Shown one piece after another: positions 50,521-60,508 of a stretch of DNA of 64,000 nt. The position numbers were made by a program, and so were the translations under genes. Position 1 is the stretch's first letter. Every line of letters starts with the position of its first letter. This DNA is from Candidatus Hodarchaeota archaeon (GTDB lineage Archaea; Asgardarchaeota; Lokiarchaeia; Sigyniarchaeales; SOKP01), in NCBI GenBank assembly GCA_048886685.1, contig JBHLKM010000013.1:81755-145754 (forward strand), written 5' to 3'. The notes beneath the pieces were generated by a model, which saw only the letters and a program-made list of their open reading frames with translations, searched no databases and had not been told where the DNA came from.

Positions 50521-51579
50521 TCAAATTTTCGATTTAATTAAGATTTCAGTTCTGTAATAATCTAGCCAGTAATTAAACATTTCTTTTAATGTAGTTTCGA
50601 TAGGGATCCTAGGTTGCCATCCCAATTCTTCTTTTATCTTCGAATTATCACCAACTATTATGTCTTCATCTACTTTTCGTAGTTTATCGGGAAAATTTTC
50701 CACAACTTCAATTTGTTCTTTAGAAAAACTTAACACTATGTCTAAGAGCCTGCGAATTTGTATTCTTTTATTTGTACATATATTATATGTCTCTCCAGGC
50801 TTTCCTTTTGTTGCTGCTAACCATATTGCATTTACTGAATCCTTTATATCCGTAAAATCCCGGTAGGAGTCTAAATTTCCTACTTGAATGACAGGTTCCA
50901 TCAATCCTAACTCAATTTTAGCTACCTTAGATACAAAATCAGCACATACATCACCAACTTTTCTTGGACCTGTTTGATTAAAGAATCTCAAATTAACAAT
51001 TTCTATTCCAAAATTTAAATAGTATTGACGAGCAAGGAGTTCAGTAGCTATTTTACTAATTCCATAAGGATGAACTGCTAATAATGGGTCTTCTTCATTT
51101 AAAGGGCGCTTTAATGAAGTAGTTGTACCGTATTCAGCACTAGTACACGCAACTATGGTTCTAGGATTAATCTCAGACTTTTTGATTGCTTCAAAGAGAT
51201 TAATCGTCCCAATAACATTTATTTCAATAGTGTCTACTGGATTTTCCCATGATGGTATCACATAGGGTTGTGCGGCAAAATGGAAAATAAACTTTGGTTT
51301 AACACAGTTGATTATTTTATCCAATAGACTCGCGTTTTTTATATCACACTCAATAATATTTAAATTTTCATTATCCGTGGGAATTTGAATAATTTCGCCA
51401 AAAATTGTTAACATTTCTGTTTTTGAAAAATTAGATTTTCCTTTAGTGTAATGAATTAAATTCCTGTAAGATTGATTAGGCCTATCAATACCATAAATTT
51501 CAAAATTGTTTTTAATACAAAAATCAATTAAATGAGATCCTATGAACCCATTTGCTCCAGTAACAACTATTTTATCCAT
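50521..51579 (-). CDS. GDP-sugar dehydratase/reductase SDR (Gmd/Rmd-like)
   Basis: TGANGFIG, FHFAAQ..V..SW, SAEYG, YGISK, GNLDSYRDFTD. Confidence 0.88.
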   Translation of the reverse strand: MDKIVVTGANGFIGSHLIDFCIKNNFEIYGIDRPNQSYRNLIHYTKGKSNFSKTEMLTIFGEIIQIPTDNENLNIIECDIKNASLLDKIINCVKPKFIFHFAAQPYVIPSWENPVDTIEINVIGTINLFEAIKKSEINPRTIVACTSAEYGTTTSLKRPLNEEDPLLAVHPYGISKIATELLARQYYLNFGIEIVNLRFFNQTGPRKVGDVCADFVSKVAKIELGLMEPVIQVGNLDSYRDFTDIKDSVNAIWLAATKGKPGETYNICTNKRIQIRRLLDIVLSFSKEQIEVVENFPDKLRKVDEDIIVGDNSKIKEELGWQPRIPIETTLKEMFNYWLDYYRTEILIKSKI

Positions 51580-51729
51580 AATAAAATTTAATTTTATTTT
51601 TCGTTTAATTTTAATATAATTTTTAAAAAACAGCCAAAAAATTTAAAGGATTTTTTAATACACAAATAATTAAACCATAATTAAATGTAGATTTTTTCAG
51701 AGAATTCAAATATTAAATTACATGCTATT

Positions 51730-52743
51730 ATGATTGTTCGCTCTAAAGCACCATTCAGAGTAAGCTTCGGTGGTGGGGGTACTGATATGCCCCCATATTG
51801 CACAGAACATGGAGGATGTGTTATTAGTACAACAATAGATCGCCATATATATGTCTCTATTGAACCTAGGGATGATAAGAAAGTTTGGGTTTTTTCTATT
51901 AATAATAATAAAGAAATACTGTTTAATGTTGGAGATAAAGGTTATACAGAAGATTTTGAGATCTTTAAGGGCGTAATAAACGTTTTAAATATAAAGGACG
52001 GGTTTAATATTACAACTTATTCAGAATTACCTCCGGGATCAGGTATGGGAGGTTCCTCTTCATTATGTGTAGCACTTATAGGTGGATTTAATGAATACTT
52101 TAATTTTCAATTAAATAAACATGATATAGCATTAAAAGCTTACGAGATAGAACGAATTGAATTAAACCAAAAAGGAGGATACCAGGATCAGTTCGCTGCA
52201 GCTTATGGTGGATTCAATTTCATTGAATTCTTTGATGATATAAAAGTAACTCCTTTAAAAACAACAGAAGAAATGATAAATGAATTACAATATAATTTAA
52301 TCCTTTATTATGTTGGAGGATCCCACTTTTCTTCTGAGATTCAAATTGAGGTTTTAAAAGGTTACGAATTTAAAAAGAAATCTTATATGGAAGCAATGCA
52401 AGATCTAAAAAATGTTGCTTATTCAATGAAAGAGATTATAGAGTCTAAAGATATAACTCAACTAGATAAATTTGGTGAATTTTTGCATAAAGGTTGGCTA
52501 GCTAAAAAAAGCTTAAGTTCAAAAATTTCAAATCAAAATATTGAAAACTTTTATTTAACTTCAAGAAAATATGGCGTTTTAGGAGGTAAATTGCTAGGTG
52601 CAGGAGGTGGTGGCCATTTACTGCTATTCTCTAAGTCAGAAAAAAAATTTGATGTTATAAAAAAATTAGAAGAAATTGGGGGAAAAATAGTTAATTTTCA
52701 TTTTAATCCAAGGGGATTAGAAGTTTGGAAATTAAATAATTAA
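51730..52743 (+). CDS. hddA: D-glycero-alpha-D-manno-heptose-7-phosphate kinase (GHMP)
   Basis: APFRVSFGGGGTD, PPGSGMGGSS, GGYQDQ, GGKLLGAGGGG; next to gmhA/gmhB. Confidence 0.88.
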   Translation: MIVRSKAPFRVSFGGGGTDMPPYCTEHGGCVISTTIDRHIYVSIEPRDDKKVWVFSINNNKEILFNVGDKGYTEDFEIFKGVINVLNIKDGFNITTYSELPPGSGMGGSSSLCVALIGGFNEYFNFQLNKHDIALKAYEIERIELNQKGGYQDQFAAAYGGFNFIEFFDDIKVTPLKTTEEMINELQYNLILYYVGGSHFSSEIQIEVLKGYEFKKKSYMEAMQDLKNVAYSMKEIIESKDITQLDKFGEFLHKGWLAKKSLSSKISNQNIENFYLTSRKYGVLGGKLLGAGGGGHLLLFSKSEKKFDVIKKLEEIGGKIVNFHFNPRGLEVWKLNN

Positions 52744-52772
52744 TTAAGGTTTCTATTGCAATATAAAAAAGA

Positions 52773-53357
52773 ATGACAAGATTGATTATTATGGAAGATG
52801 AAATAATTTCAATATTGGACGATTGTATTAAAGTTAAGCAAGGAATTAAAGACTTAGTTCCCATTATTAGTAAAATATCTGAGGAAATTATCACAACATA
52901 TAGAAATAGGAAAAAAGTAATTCTATTTGGTAATGGGGGAAGCGCAGCAGATGCTCAACATATCGCAGCAGAATTTGTGGGAAAATTTTATAAAGATCGT
53001 GAATCACTTCCCTCGTTGGCACTTCATACCAATACATCTGTTCTCACTGCTACAGCAAACGATTTTGGATATGACATGGTCTTTGAACGACAGGTATCTT
53101 CATTTGTAGAGCAAGGTGACATTGCTATTGGACTTAGTACTTCAGGGAATTCCCCAAATGTAATTAAAGGTCTGGTAAAAGCTAAAGAGAAAGGTGCAAT
53201 TACTATTGGGTTTACTGGGCAAAAAGAAAATGAAATTGAAAAAATTGTAGATTATTGCCTAAAAATTCCCTCCATTGATACTCCTCGAATCCAAGAAGGT
53301 CATATTACAGTAGGGCATATCATCTGCTATTTAGTTGAAAAGGAATTATTTGGATAA
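52773..53357 (+). CDS. gmhA: Sedoheptulose-7-phosphate isomerase (start may be 52791)
   Basis: GNGGSAADAQH, TANDFG, STSGNS, RIQEGH. Confidence 0.95.
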   Translation: MTRLIIMEDEIISILDDCIKVKQGIKDLVPIISKISEEIITTYRNRKKVILFGNGGSAADAQHIAAEFVGKFYKDRESLPSLALHTNTSVLTATANDFGYDMVFERQVSSFVEQGDIAIGLSTSGNSPNVIKGLVKAKEKGAITIGFTGQKENEIEKIVDYCLKIPSIDTPRIQEGHITVGHIICYLVEKELFG

Positions 53358-53429
53358 AAAAGTTCTACAAGACAAGAGATATTGTTTCAACTAAGTGAAA
53401 TAAATTGTTATTATGTTAGGAGAACTTAG

Positions 53430-53978
53430 ATGAGTATAACTAATAAAAATCGTGCTATTTTTTTAGATAGAGATGGTGTTATTAATAGAGAAGTAAATTA
53501 TTTATCAGATCCCGATCTTTTTGAGTTTATTCCAGGATCAATAGAGGCTCTTAAAATTTTAAAACAGAAGGGCTTTCTTCTAATAGTTATAACAAACCAA
53601 GCTGGGATAGCTCGTGGTTATTTCTCAGAGGAGACTCTTAATCAAATACATGACAAAATGAATAGAATTTTATATGAAAATAATATTATTTTAGATGATC
53701 TTTTTTATTGCCCCCATCATCCAGATTTCACAGGAGCATGTAATTGCAGAAAACCTAATCCTGGTATGATGCTAAAAGCTAAAAAAAAATATAATATAGA
53801 CCTTCAAGCTTCATTTATGGTAGGAGATACCTTAATTGATATTGAAACAGGCAAATTAGCAAATTGTAAAACTATTTTAGTATTAACTGGTTATGGTACA
53901 AAGCAACGTAAAAAAATAGATTCAATTAAGCCAGATTTTATTTATGACAGTCTATTAGAATTTGCTAAAAATTTATAA
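53430..53978 (+). CDS. gmhB: Heptose-1,7-bisphosphate phosphatase
   Basis: FLDRDGVIN, TNQAGI, CPHHP...CNCRKP, VGD. Confidence 0.93.
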   Translation: MSITNKNRAIFLDRDGVINREVNYLSDPDLFEFIPGSIEALKILKQKGFLLIVITNQAGIARGYFSEETLNQIHDKMNRILYENNIILDDLFYCPHHPDFTGACNCRKPNPGMMLKAKKKYNIDLQASFMVGDTLIDIETGKLANCKTILVLTGYGTKQRKKIDSIKPDFIYDSLLEFAKNL

Positions 53979-54028
53979 TTTAAATGATTATTATAATCTA
54001 TTAACAAAAGTAAATTTGGGTAGAAAAT

Positions 54029-54685
54029 ATGAAGTTTTTTATAGATACAGCAAACCTAAAGCAGATTAAAGAGATGCAACAATTAGGTATAATTGATGGG
54101 GTAACAACTAACCCTACACTGCTCTCAAGGGAAGGAGTGGAACCTGTAGAACAGTTAAAAAAGATTTGTGAAATTGTTGATGGACCTGTAAGCGCGGAAG
54201 TTATTGGATTAAATACGGAGGAAATGGTGAAAGAAGCAAGGGAATTAGCAAAATTGGCTTCAAATATAGTGATAAAAATTCCGATGACTAAGGAAGGAAT
54301 TAAAGCAGTCAAAATTCTCGAAGCTGAAGGAATAAAGACAAACGTGACTCTTGTTTTTTCACAAAATCAAGTTCTTATAGCTGCTAAAGCAGGCGCATCC
54401 TACATAAGTCCGTTTATAGGAAGACTGATGGATAATGGTCAGAATGAAATAGATATGCTTTGGGAAACAATGGATATTATTAATGCATATGATTTCAAAT
54501 CAGAAATTATTGTTGCATCTATTAGAAATGCAAGACACGTTATTGAATCTGCAAAAATGGGAGCACATATAGCTACAATTCCATTCCCTGTACTTGAAAA
54601 GATGTTTATTCATCCAAATACTGAAAAAGGATTGGATGCATTCTTGAAAGATTGGGAGAAATTACAAAATCAATTAAAAAAGTAA
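54029..54685 (+). CDS. tal: Transaldolase (short Fsa/TalC family)
   Basis: [38 protein letters not shown]. Confidence 0.92.
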   Translation: MKFFIDTANLKQIKEMQQLGIIDGVTTNPTLLSREGVEPVEQLKKICEIVDGPVSAEVIGLNTEEMVKEARELAKLASNIVIKIPMTKEGIKAVKILEAEGIKTNVTLVFSQNQVLIAAKAGASYISPFIGRLMDNGQNEIDMLWETMDIINAYDFKSEIIVASIRNARHVIESAKMGAHIATIPFPVLEKMFIHPNTEKGLDAFLKDWEKLQNQLKK

Positions 54686-54701
54686 TAAACTACTCTTTCA
54701 C

Positions 54702-55694
54702 ATGTCTCTTATAGATAATATTAAGGATTGGAATCAAAAAAAAGTTTTAATCATTGGAGAAGCTTTAGTAGATAAATACATATTTGGTTTTGCTGATTCT
54801 ATCTCTCCTGATGCTCCAGTTCCAAATATTAAAATAGAAAATAGCTCGACATATATAGGAGCTATTGGCTTAGTTTTACAATTTATAAAATCTCTTGGGG
54901 GGATTCCTGAAGTTTGTACTCTAATAGGTAATGATTTTGAAGGGGATTTTTTCTTGAAGAATATTAAGAAGTTAAACATCGATTCTTCAAGTTTAATTGT
55001 AGAAGATGACATTAAAACACCTCAAATCACTCGTATAAAAGCAATGAACCAGCATTTATTGCGATTAGAAACGGACTATAATACTGAAATTTCCTCCAAT
55101 ATAACAAAAAGATTAATCGATGCGATTGGGAGTAAAGTCGAAGATGTTGCATCAATATTAATATTAGACTATGGAACAGGAGGGTTGTTTAAAGATCTCT
55201 TCATTCAGAATTTATTGAATAAATTGAGTGAAAATTCTAATAAAACTCCAATAATTGTACGTCCTACCAAGAATAATTATTATTTGTATGAAAAAGTTGA
55301 TTTCATCAAAATGAATCTTCAAAAAGCATTAGATACATTCTCAATTGATTGTTGCACTGAAACTAGTATCTTAATTGCAGGAAGAAGAATTTTAAACGCC
55401 TCTAAATGCAAGAATCTGTTATTAAACTATCTAGAGTTGGATTCATATCTATTTTTTAAGGAACAAGAGAAAATAGAAAAGTTTAAGCCTATATTACGAC
55501 AACCTGTTAGAAGTTATGTTGCAGTGGGGAGTGTTATAATGGCAGTATTAGGTTTAAGCTTAGCATCGAAAATTCCTGTAGTAGATGCCGTAAGAATTGC
55601 TCTATCCGCTGCTGCCTATACCGCTTCTTTACCTCCTGTTGATTTCTTTAGCTCAAAAAGGTTAAGTGATTATATTAAAACTATTACCAACTAA
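54702..55694 (+). CDS. RfaE/HldA-like PfkB-family heptose kinase homolog with degenerate active site
   Basis: LVDKYIFG...ISPDAPVP, QHLLRLE, ILDYGTG; GAGD replaced by AVGS. Confidence 0.75.
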   Translation: MSLIDNIKDWNQKKVLIIGEALVDKYIFGFADSISPDAPVPNIKIENSSTYIGAIGLVLQFIKSLGGIPEVCTLIGNDFEGDFFLKNIKKLNIDSSSLIVEDDIKTPQITRIKAMNQHLLRLETDYNTEISSNITKRLIDAIGSKVEDVASILILDYGTGGLFKDLFIQNLLNKLSENSNKTPIIVRPTKNNYYLYEKVDFIKMNLQKALDTFSIDCCTETSILIAGRRILNASKCKNLLLNYLELDSYLFFKEQEKIEKFKPILRQPVRSYVAVGSVIMAVLGLSLASKIPVVDAVRIALSAAAYTASLPPVDFFSSKRLSDYIKTITN

Positions 55695-55784
55695 TCAATC
55701 TATTATTCAATTTTAAATCAAATTCAAAATAATACTAATTAATTTTGATTTATTATTTATTTACAAATAAATACTTAATTACTC

Positions 55785-56768
55785 ATGAATTTTGAAGATA
55801 AAAAAATACTTGTTACTGGAGTTGCTGGTTTTATCGGAAGTAATCTCGCTTATAGATTATTAGAATTAGGAGCTCAGGTAACTGGAATTGATAATTTTTT
55901 TAATGGAAATTTTGATAGTATAGAAGATTTTTATAAAAACAAAGACTTTCGACTGGTTAAAGGGGATATAAGAGATTATGACCTACTCTTGGATCTTTTT
56001 AAAGATATAGATATAGTTTATCATGAAGCCGCATTTACTAGTGTCCCTTTATCAATATTAATGCCACAATCCTGCAATGATGTTAATATAAATGGAACTC
56101 TAAATGTCTTAAATGCTGCTAGGAAAAGAGACGTTGAAAAAATTATTCAGGCATCGAGCGCTTCTGTGTATGGAGACACACCGACCCTTCCTAAGAAGGA
56201 GAATATGCCAAGGATCCCAATTTCTCCTTATGGGGTTTCAAAATTAACATGTGAAGCATATATGCAAGCTTTTTATCATACTTATGGATTGAAAACAGTA
56301 TCATTACGATATTTTAATGTGTATGGTCCAAGGCAAGAGGATTCTCCTTATAGTGGAGTGATTGCGATTTGGCTTGGAAGAATTATTAAAAACAAAGATT
56401 TAATGATATTTGGTAATGGAGAACAGTCAAGAGATTTCATATATATCAAAGATGTAATTGAGGTAAATCTCCTAGCCGCAGAATATGATGTTCCTGGAGA
56501 GGTTTTCAATATCGGGGCAGGGTCTCCAATAAAACTTACTGATCTAGCAAAGTTAATGTTAAAATTGACAAAAAAAGAAGAATTAAAAATACTCTATTCA
56601 GATCCTAGAGCTGGAGACATCTTACATAGTTTTGCAGATATAACGAAAGTGAAAAATCTCTTAAAATTTCAACCTAAATACACCCCAGAACAAGGATTAC
56701 GAGACTATTTCAATTGGTATAGTAAAAAATTTAATATAAATTTATTAGTAGATGAAGGAAATTCGTAA
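55785..56768 (+). CDS. NAD-dependent nucleotide-sugar 4-epimerase (WbpP/GalE-like SDR)
   Basis: TGVAGFIGS, HEAA..SVP, YGVSK, RYFNVYGPRQ....YSGVI. Confidence 0.9.
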   Translation: MNFEDKKILVTGVAGFIGSNLAYRLLELGAQVTGIDNFFNGNFDSIEDFYKNKDFRLVKGDIRDYDLLLDLFKDIDIVYHEAAFTSVPLSILMPQSCNDVNINGTLNVLNAARKRDVEKIIQASSASVYGDTPTLPKKENMPRIPISPYGVSKLTCEAYMQAFYHTYGLKTVSLRYFNVYGPRQEDSPYSGVIAIWLGRIIKNKDLMIFGNGEQSRDFIYIKDVIEVNLLAAEYDVPGEVFNIGAGSPIKLTDLAKLMLKLTKKEELKILYSDPRAGDILHSFADITKVKNLLKFQPKYTPEQGLRDYFNWYSKKFNINLLVDEGNS

Positions 56769-56770
56769 AA

Positions 56771-57628
56771 ATGGGATTGTCTAAAGCAAATGAGAGAAAA
56801 CTCCAGATAGAAATTCTGCAAATAAAGAAAGATATTTTAAATATGATTTATCATGCTCAATCTGGTCATCCTGGTGGTTCACTATCATGTGCTAACTTAA
56901 TTTATTTGCTCTATAACAATGTTATGAGAATTAATCGCGAAAATTCTCAATGGGAAAATAGAGACATGTTTATATTAAGCAAGGGGCATGCGGCTCCCGC
57001 CTTATATGCTGTTTTATCCAAAATTGGGTTTATAGAAAGAAATACATTGCTTACTTTAAGGAAATTTGGCTCAAAACTACAAGGACATCCTGTAAAAAAT
57101 ACAGAGTATGGAATTGAAGTCTCATCAGGATCTTTAGGTATGGGATTATCTATTGGAATTGGATGCGCTTTAGCATCAAAATTAGATAAAAAAGAAAAAA
57201 GATATATATATGTACTGTTAGGTGATGGTGAATTAAATGAAGGTGCTATTTGGGAAGCAGCAATGGCTGCAAGTCATTTTAAATTAGATAATTTAATTGC
57301 CATTGTCGATAGAAATGGAATCCAAAATGATGGTTCAACAGAAGAAATAATGGCCTTAGAACCTTTGGTAGAGAAATGGAAAGCATTTGGATGGATGGTT
57401 TTTGAAGTTGACGGTTCGAATATAAGTGAAATTTTAGAGACTTTTAAAAAAGCTAAAAATATTGTTGGAAAACCCTCAGTGTTGATCTCCTATTTGATTA
57501 AAGGAGCTGATGTTTCTTTCATGGAACACACTAGAAAATTCCATGGCCGTGCTCCAAATAGTGAAGAATATAAAGCGGCTATTGAAGAAATTGAAAATAT
57601 TCAAAAAAATTTGGCAGGTGATCCATAA
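56771..57628 (+). CDS. Transketolase, N-terminal (TPP-binding) subunit
   Basis: SGHPGGSLS, LSKGHA, LQGHP, GSLGMG, GDGELNEG. Confidence 0.94.
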   Translation: MGLSKANERKLQIEILQIKKDILNMIYHAQSGHPGGSLSCANLIYLLYNNVMRINRENSQWENRDMFILSKGHAAPALYAVLSKIGFIERNTLLTLRKFGSKLQGHPVKNTEYGIEVSSGSLGMGLSIGIGCALASKLDKKEKRYIYVLLGDGELNEGAIWEAAMAASHFKLDNLIAIVDRNGIQNDGSTEEIMALEPLVEKWKAFGWMVFEVDGSNISEILETFKKAKNIVGKPSVLISYLIKGADVSFMEHTRKFHGRAPNSEEYKAAIEEIENIQKNLAGDP

Positions 57629-57632
57629 AAAC

Positions 57633-58562
57633 ATGTCTGAACCTATGCTCCGAGATACTTTTGGTGATTTTTTAGTACAATTTGGAAAGGATAATAAAAA
57701 TATAGTTGTTTTAGACTCAGATCTATCAATTTCAACTCGTACTTATAAATTTGGTAAGATTTTTCCTGACCGATTTTTTAATATGGGTGTTGCTGAACAG
57801 AATACGGTCGGAACAGCCATAGGATTAGCCATCTCCGGAAAAATTCCCGTTGTTAGTGGTTTTTCCATATTTATAACAGGAAGAGCTTGGGAATTTATAA
57901 GATTAGCTTGTCATGACAATTTAAATGTGAAATTTATTACCACCCATGGAGGTTTTGTAGGAGAAGATGGAAGTACTCACCATGCTTTAGAAGATTTAAG
58001 CCTGATGTCGTCACTTTCAAATATAAAAATTATGATACCATCAGATAACATAGAACTTATCAAAATCTTAGAATACTGTTTTAGTGTGGAGGGTCCTTTT
58101 TATATAAGGCTACCTAGAGGTTCTTTTCCTAAAATCCATACTGAAGATTATAAGTTTTCTTTGGGAGAACCAGATTTATTAAAAGAGGGTAAGGATATTT
58201 GTTTAATTGGAACGGGTTATGGTAGTATTTTAGCGCGAGAATCTGCAATAAAACTAGAAAAGGAATTGAATGTATCAATTAAAGTTTTAAATCTTCCATG
58301 TATTAAACCAATAGATAATCAAAAATTGATTAAAGAACTTGATAAAATTAAAGGAATTATAATTATTGAGGAACATAATATATATTGTGGATTTGGGAGC
58401 ATCTTAGCTAGAATTATCTCTAAAGCTTTTGCTAGACCTATGAGATTTATAGGCATTGAGAATTCTTTTGGACAATCAGGAGATAAAAAAGCCTTATTAA
58501 ATGCATACAACTTAAATAAAGAGAAAATTAAGGAATACATTAAAGAGTTATTAGATCTATAA
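57633..58562 (+). CDS. Transketolase, C-terminal subunit (true start ATG 57633, not 57510)
   Basis: RFFNMGVAEQN, GEDGSTHH, YIRLPR, EEH; GGTGAT RBS at 57617-57622. Confidence 0.93.
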   Translation: MSEPMLRDTFGDFLVQFGKDNKNIVVLDSDLSISTRTYKFGKIFPDRFFNMGVAEQNTVGTAIGLAISGKIPVVSGFSIFITGRAWEFIRLACHDNLNVKFITTHGGFVGEDGSTHHALEDLSLMSSLSNIKIMIPSDNIELIKILEYCFSVEGPFYIRLPRGSFPKIHTEDYKFSLGEPDLLKEGKDICLIGTGYGSILARESAIKLEKELNVSIKVLNLPCIKPIDNQKLIKELDKIKGIIIIEEHNIYCGFGSILARIISKAFARPMRFIGIENSFGQSGDKKALLNAYNLNKEKIKEYIKELLDL

Positions 58563-59087
58563 TAATAATCCTCTTTTTTCTAATTCATCAAGAACGATTT
58601 CTTTACTCTGTTTAACTGTTTGCTTATCAGTTTCAACTATTATATCTGGATTGTCAGGTTCTTCAAAAGGATGATTAACTCCTGTAAAGTCTTTTATTTC
58701 GCCATCTCTGGCTTTAGCATACATACCTTTAGTATCTCGGTTTTCACACTCCTCAAGTGAGCATTTTACATAAACTAAGATATAATCCCTAATTTCTTTA
58801 CGTGAGTATTCTCTAATTTTGTTATATGGTGATACAAATGAAGCTAAAACAGCAACTCCGTTACGAGTCAGCAACTTCGCAACAAAAGTTACTCTTTCTA
58901 TATTCATATTTCGATCTTCTTCAGAAAAACCTAAATCTCTTGTTAAACTCTTTCTCACTATATCTCCATCAAGACGCTCTACTTTCATACCGCGGTTTTT
59001 CAAATCTTCTGCTATAGCATCCGCTAGAACTGTTTTCCCAGAACATGGGAGTCCTGTAAACCATAATGTAAACCCTTTGTGTTCCAT
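58557..59087 (-). CDS. cysC: Adenylyl-sulfate kinase
   Basis: WFTGLPCSGKT, LDGDIVR, DLGFSEEDR, RDTKGMY, FTGV..PFE.P. Confidence 0.96.
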   Translation of the reverse strand: MEHKGFTLWFTGLPCSGKTVLADAIAEDLKNRGMKVERLDGDIVRKSLTRDLGFSEEDRNMNIERVTFVAKLLTRNGVAVLASFVSPYNKIREYSRKEIRDYILVYVKCSLEECENRDTKGMYAKARDGEIKDFTGVNHPFEEPDNPDIIVETDKQTVKQSKEIVLDELEKRGLLL

Positions 59088-59101
59088 TTTATTAACTTTT
59101 T

Positions 59102-60487
59102 CTAAAATTTAATAATTTCCCCTTCCATATCATCGGGAACATCAATTCCTAAAACTTTTAAAGAGGTGGGAGCAATATCTAGTATATTTTTTTTTCCGAG
59201 GTTCTTGCCAATTCTTTTTTTTGGATCATAAATAATAAAAATTCCATAATAATCATGCACAGCATCATCTGGCCCTGTATCATTTTCTTTCAAATACATT
59301 GTATCATAACCAACTGTCCCTGCTGATCTCCAGTTCAAATCATCAAAATACACCATTAAATCAGGAGGATCTCCACGAATTATTGGGAACAATTCTTCAG
59401 GTTTATATACCTTCGTTTCCATCGGCTTACCTTTATCATCTTCTATATTTTTGATTTTTTCTGCAATTTCTTTGCGTACCTTTTCATAATCTTCTTTTTT
59501 AATAATACCCAATGGCTCTCTTCCCTCAACATTTAAAAAGATCCGAGCATAATAACCCCCCCAACCCCAAGCATAGGTATTATTCCAATCAATCTCAGAA
59601 TTCCCAATCTTAGTCCCTGGTCTTGGTTTATTTTTGAATTTCAATAAACCTAAATTCTCGAGTGCCATATTAACACAAATTAAACCCTTCATAGCTTTAG
59701 CACCATGATCTGAAACGACCATAATAAGAGTATCATCATCACATAATTTTAGCACTTCCCCTACCTGCTTATCTAAAAATTTATAAAATTTCTTCATCTC
59801 AAACTCATATTTATTTCCAGGTTCATGTAGTTGGTGATCTACATCGTAATACTTCCAAAATGCATGATGAAATCTATCTAACCCAATAATCACAAACTGA
59901 AAATAATTCCAAGTTTTATTACTTATCAAATATTTTATTGTTTTAAATTGAACTTCAGTCATTTCATAAATTTCTTTTAACAGCTTTTCTTTTGATTCTA
60001 CTCTAAAATTAACATCTAAAATGTACTTACCAACATTCTCCTTTATCTCCTCTTTTAATTCAGGAGGATATGTATAGTTTGAAGTAGTATCAGGTGCTAT
60101 AAATCCAGCAACTAAGGATCCATTTATATGTTGAACAGGATAAGTTGGAGGTAAACCTACAATACAAGATTTAAGACCCTTCTCACCGATTATATCCCAA
60201 ATTTTCCTTTCTTTAATTGAATAAGAAGATGCTATCCAATAATCAGTGTAAGCATTTTTTTTCCGATGACGAAATCCATACAATCCTAATGTACCTGCTT
60301 TTTTTCCAGTAACCATAACCATCCATGCAGGAATCGTAATTGGGGGATCAGAACTTCTTAGTTTTCCATACACTCCATCATTCATTAACTTTTGAATGTT
60401 AGGACATTCCTCCAAAAAATCTTTGAAAAGCGTTTTTGGAGATGCGCAATCAAGACCAATAACTACTAACTTCTTATTTTGATTCAT
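59102..60487 (-). CDS. Alkaline phosphatase superfamily / nucleotide pyrophosphatase-like protein
   Basis: VIGLDCA, PPITIPAW...TG, DRFHH, VSDHG, H...GIF. Confidence 0.9.
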   Translation of the reverse strand: MNQNKKLVVIGLDCASPKTLFKDFLEECPNIQKLMNDGVYGKLRSSDPPITIPAWMVMVTGKKAGTLGLYGFRHRKKNAYTDYWIASSYSIKERKIWDIIGEKGLKSCIVGLPPTYPVQHINGSLVAGFIAPDTTSNYTYPPELKEEIKENVGKYILDVNFRVESKEKLLKEIYEMTEVQFKTIKYLISNKTWNYFQFVIIGLDRFHHAFWKYYDVDHQLHEPGNKYEFEMKKFYKFLDKQVGEVLKLCDDDTLIMVVSDHGAKAMKGLICVNMALENLGLLKFKNKPRPGTKIGNSEIDWNNTYAWGWGGYYARIFLNVEGREPLGIIKKEDYEKVRKEIAEKIKNIEDDKGKPMETKVYKPEELFPIIRGDPPDLMVYFDDLNWRSAGTVGYDTMYLKENDTGPDDAVHDYYGIFIIYDPKKRIGKNLGKKNILDIAPTSLKVLGIDVPDDMEGEIIKF

Positions 60488-60508
60488 AAGTATATAACCT
60501 TAAATAAT

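Noticed and set aside
57510-57632. 41-aa N-terminal extension of the transketolase C subunit
   Set aside because: Overlaps the upstream gene; RBS and ATG at 57633 fit better
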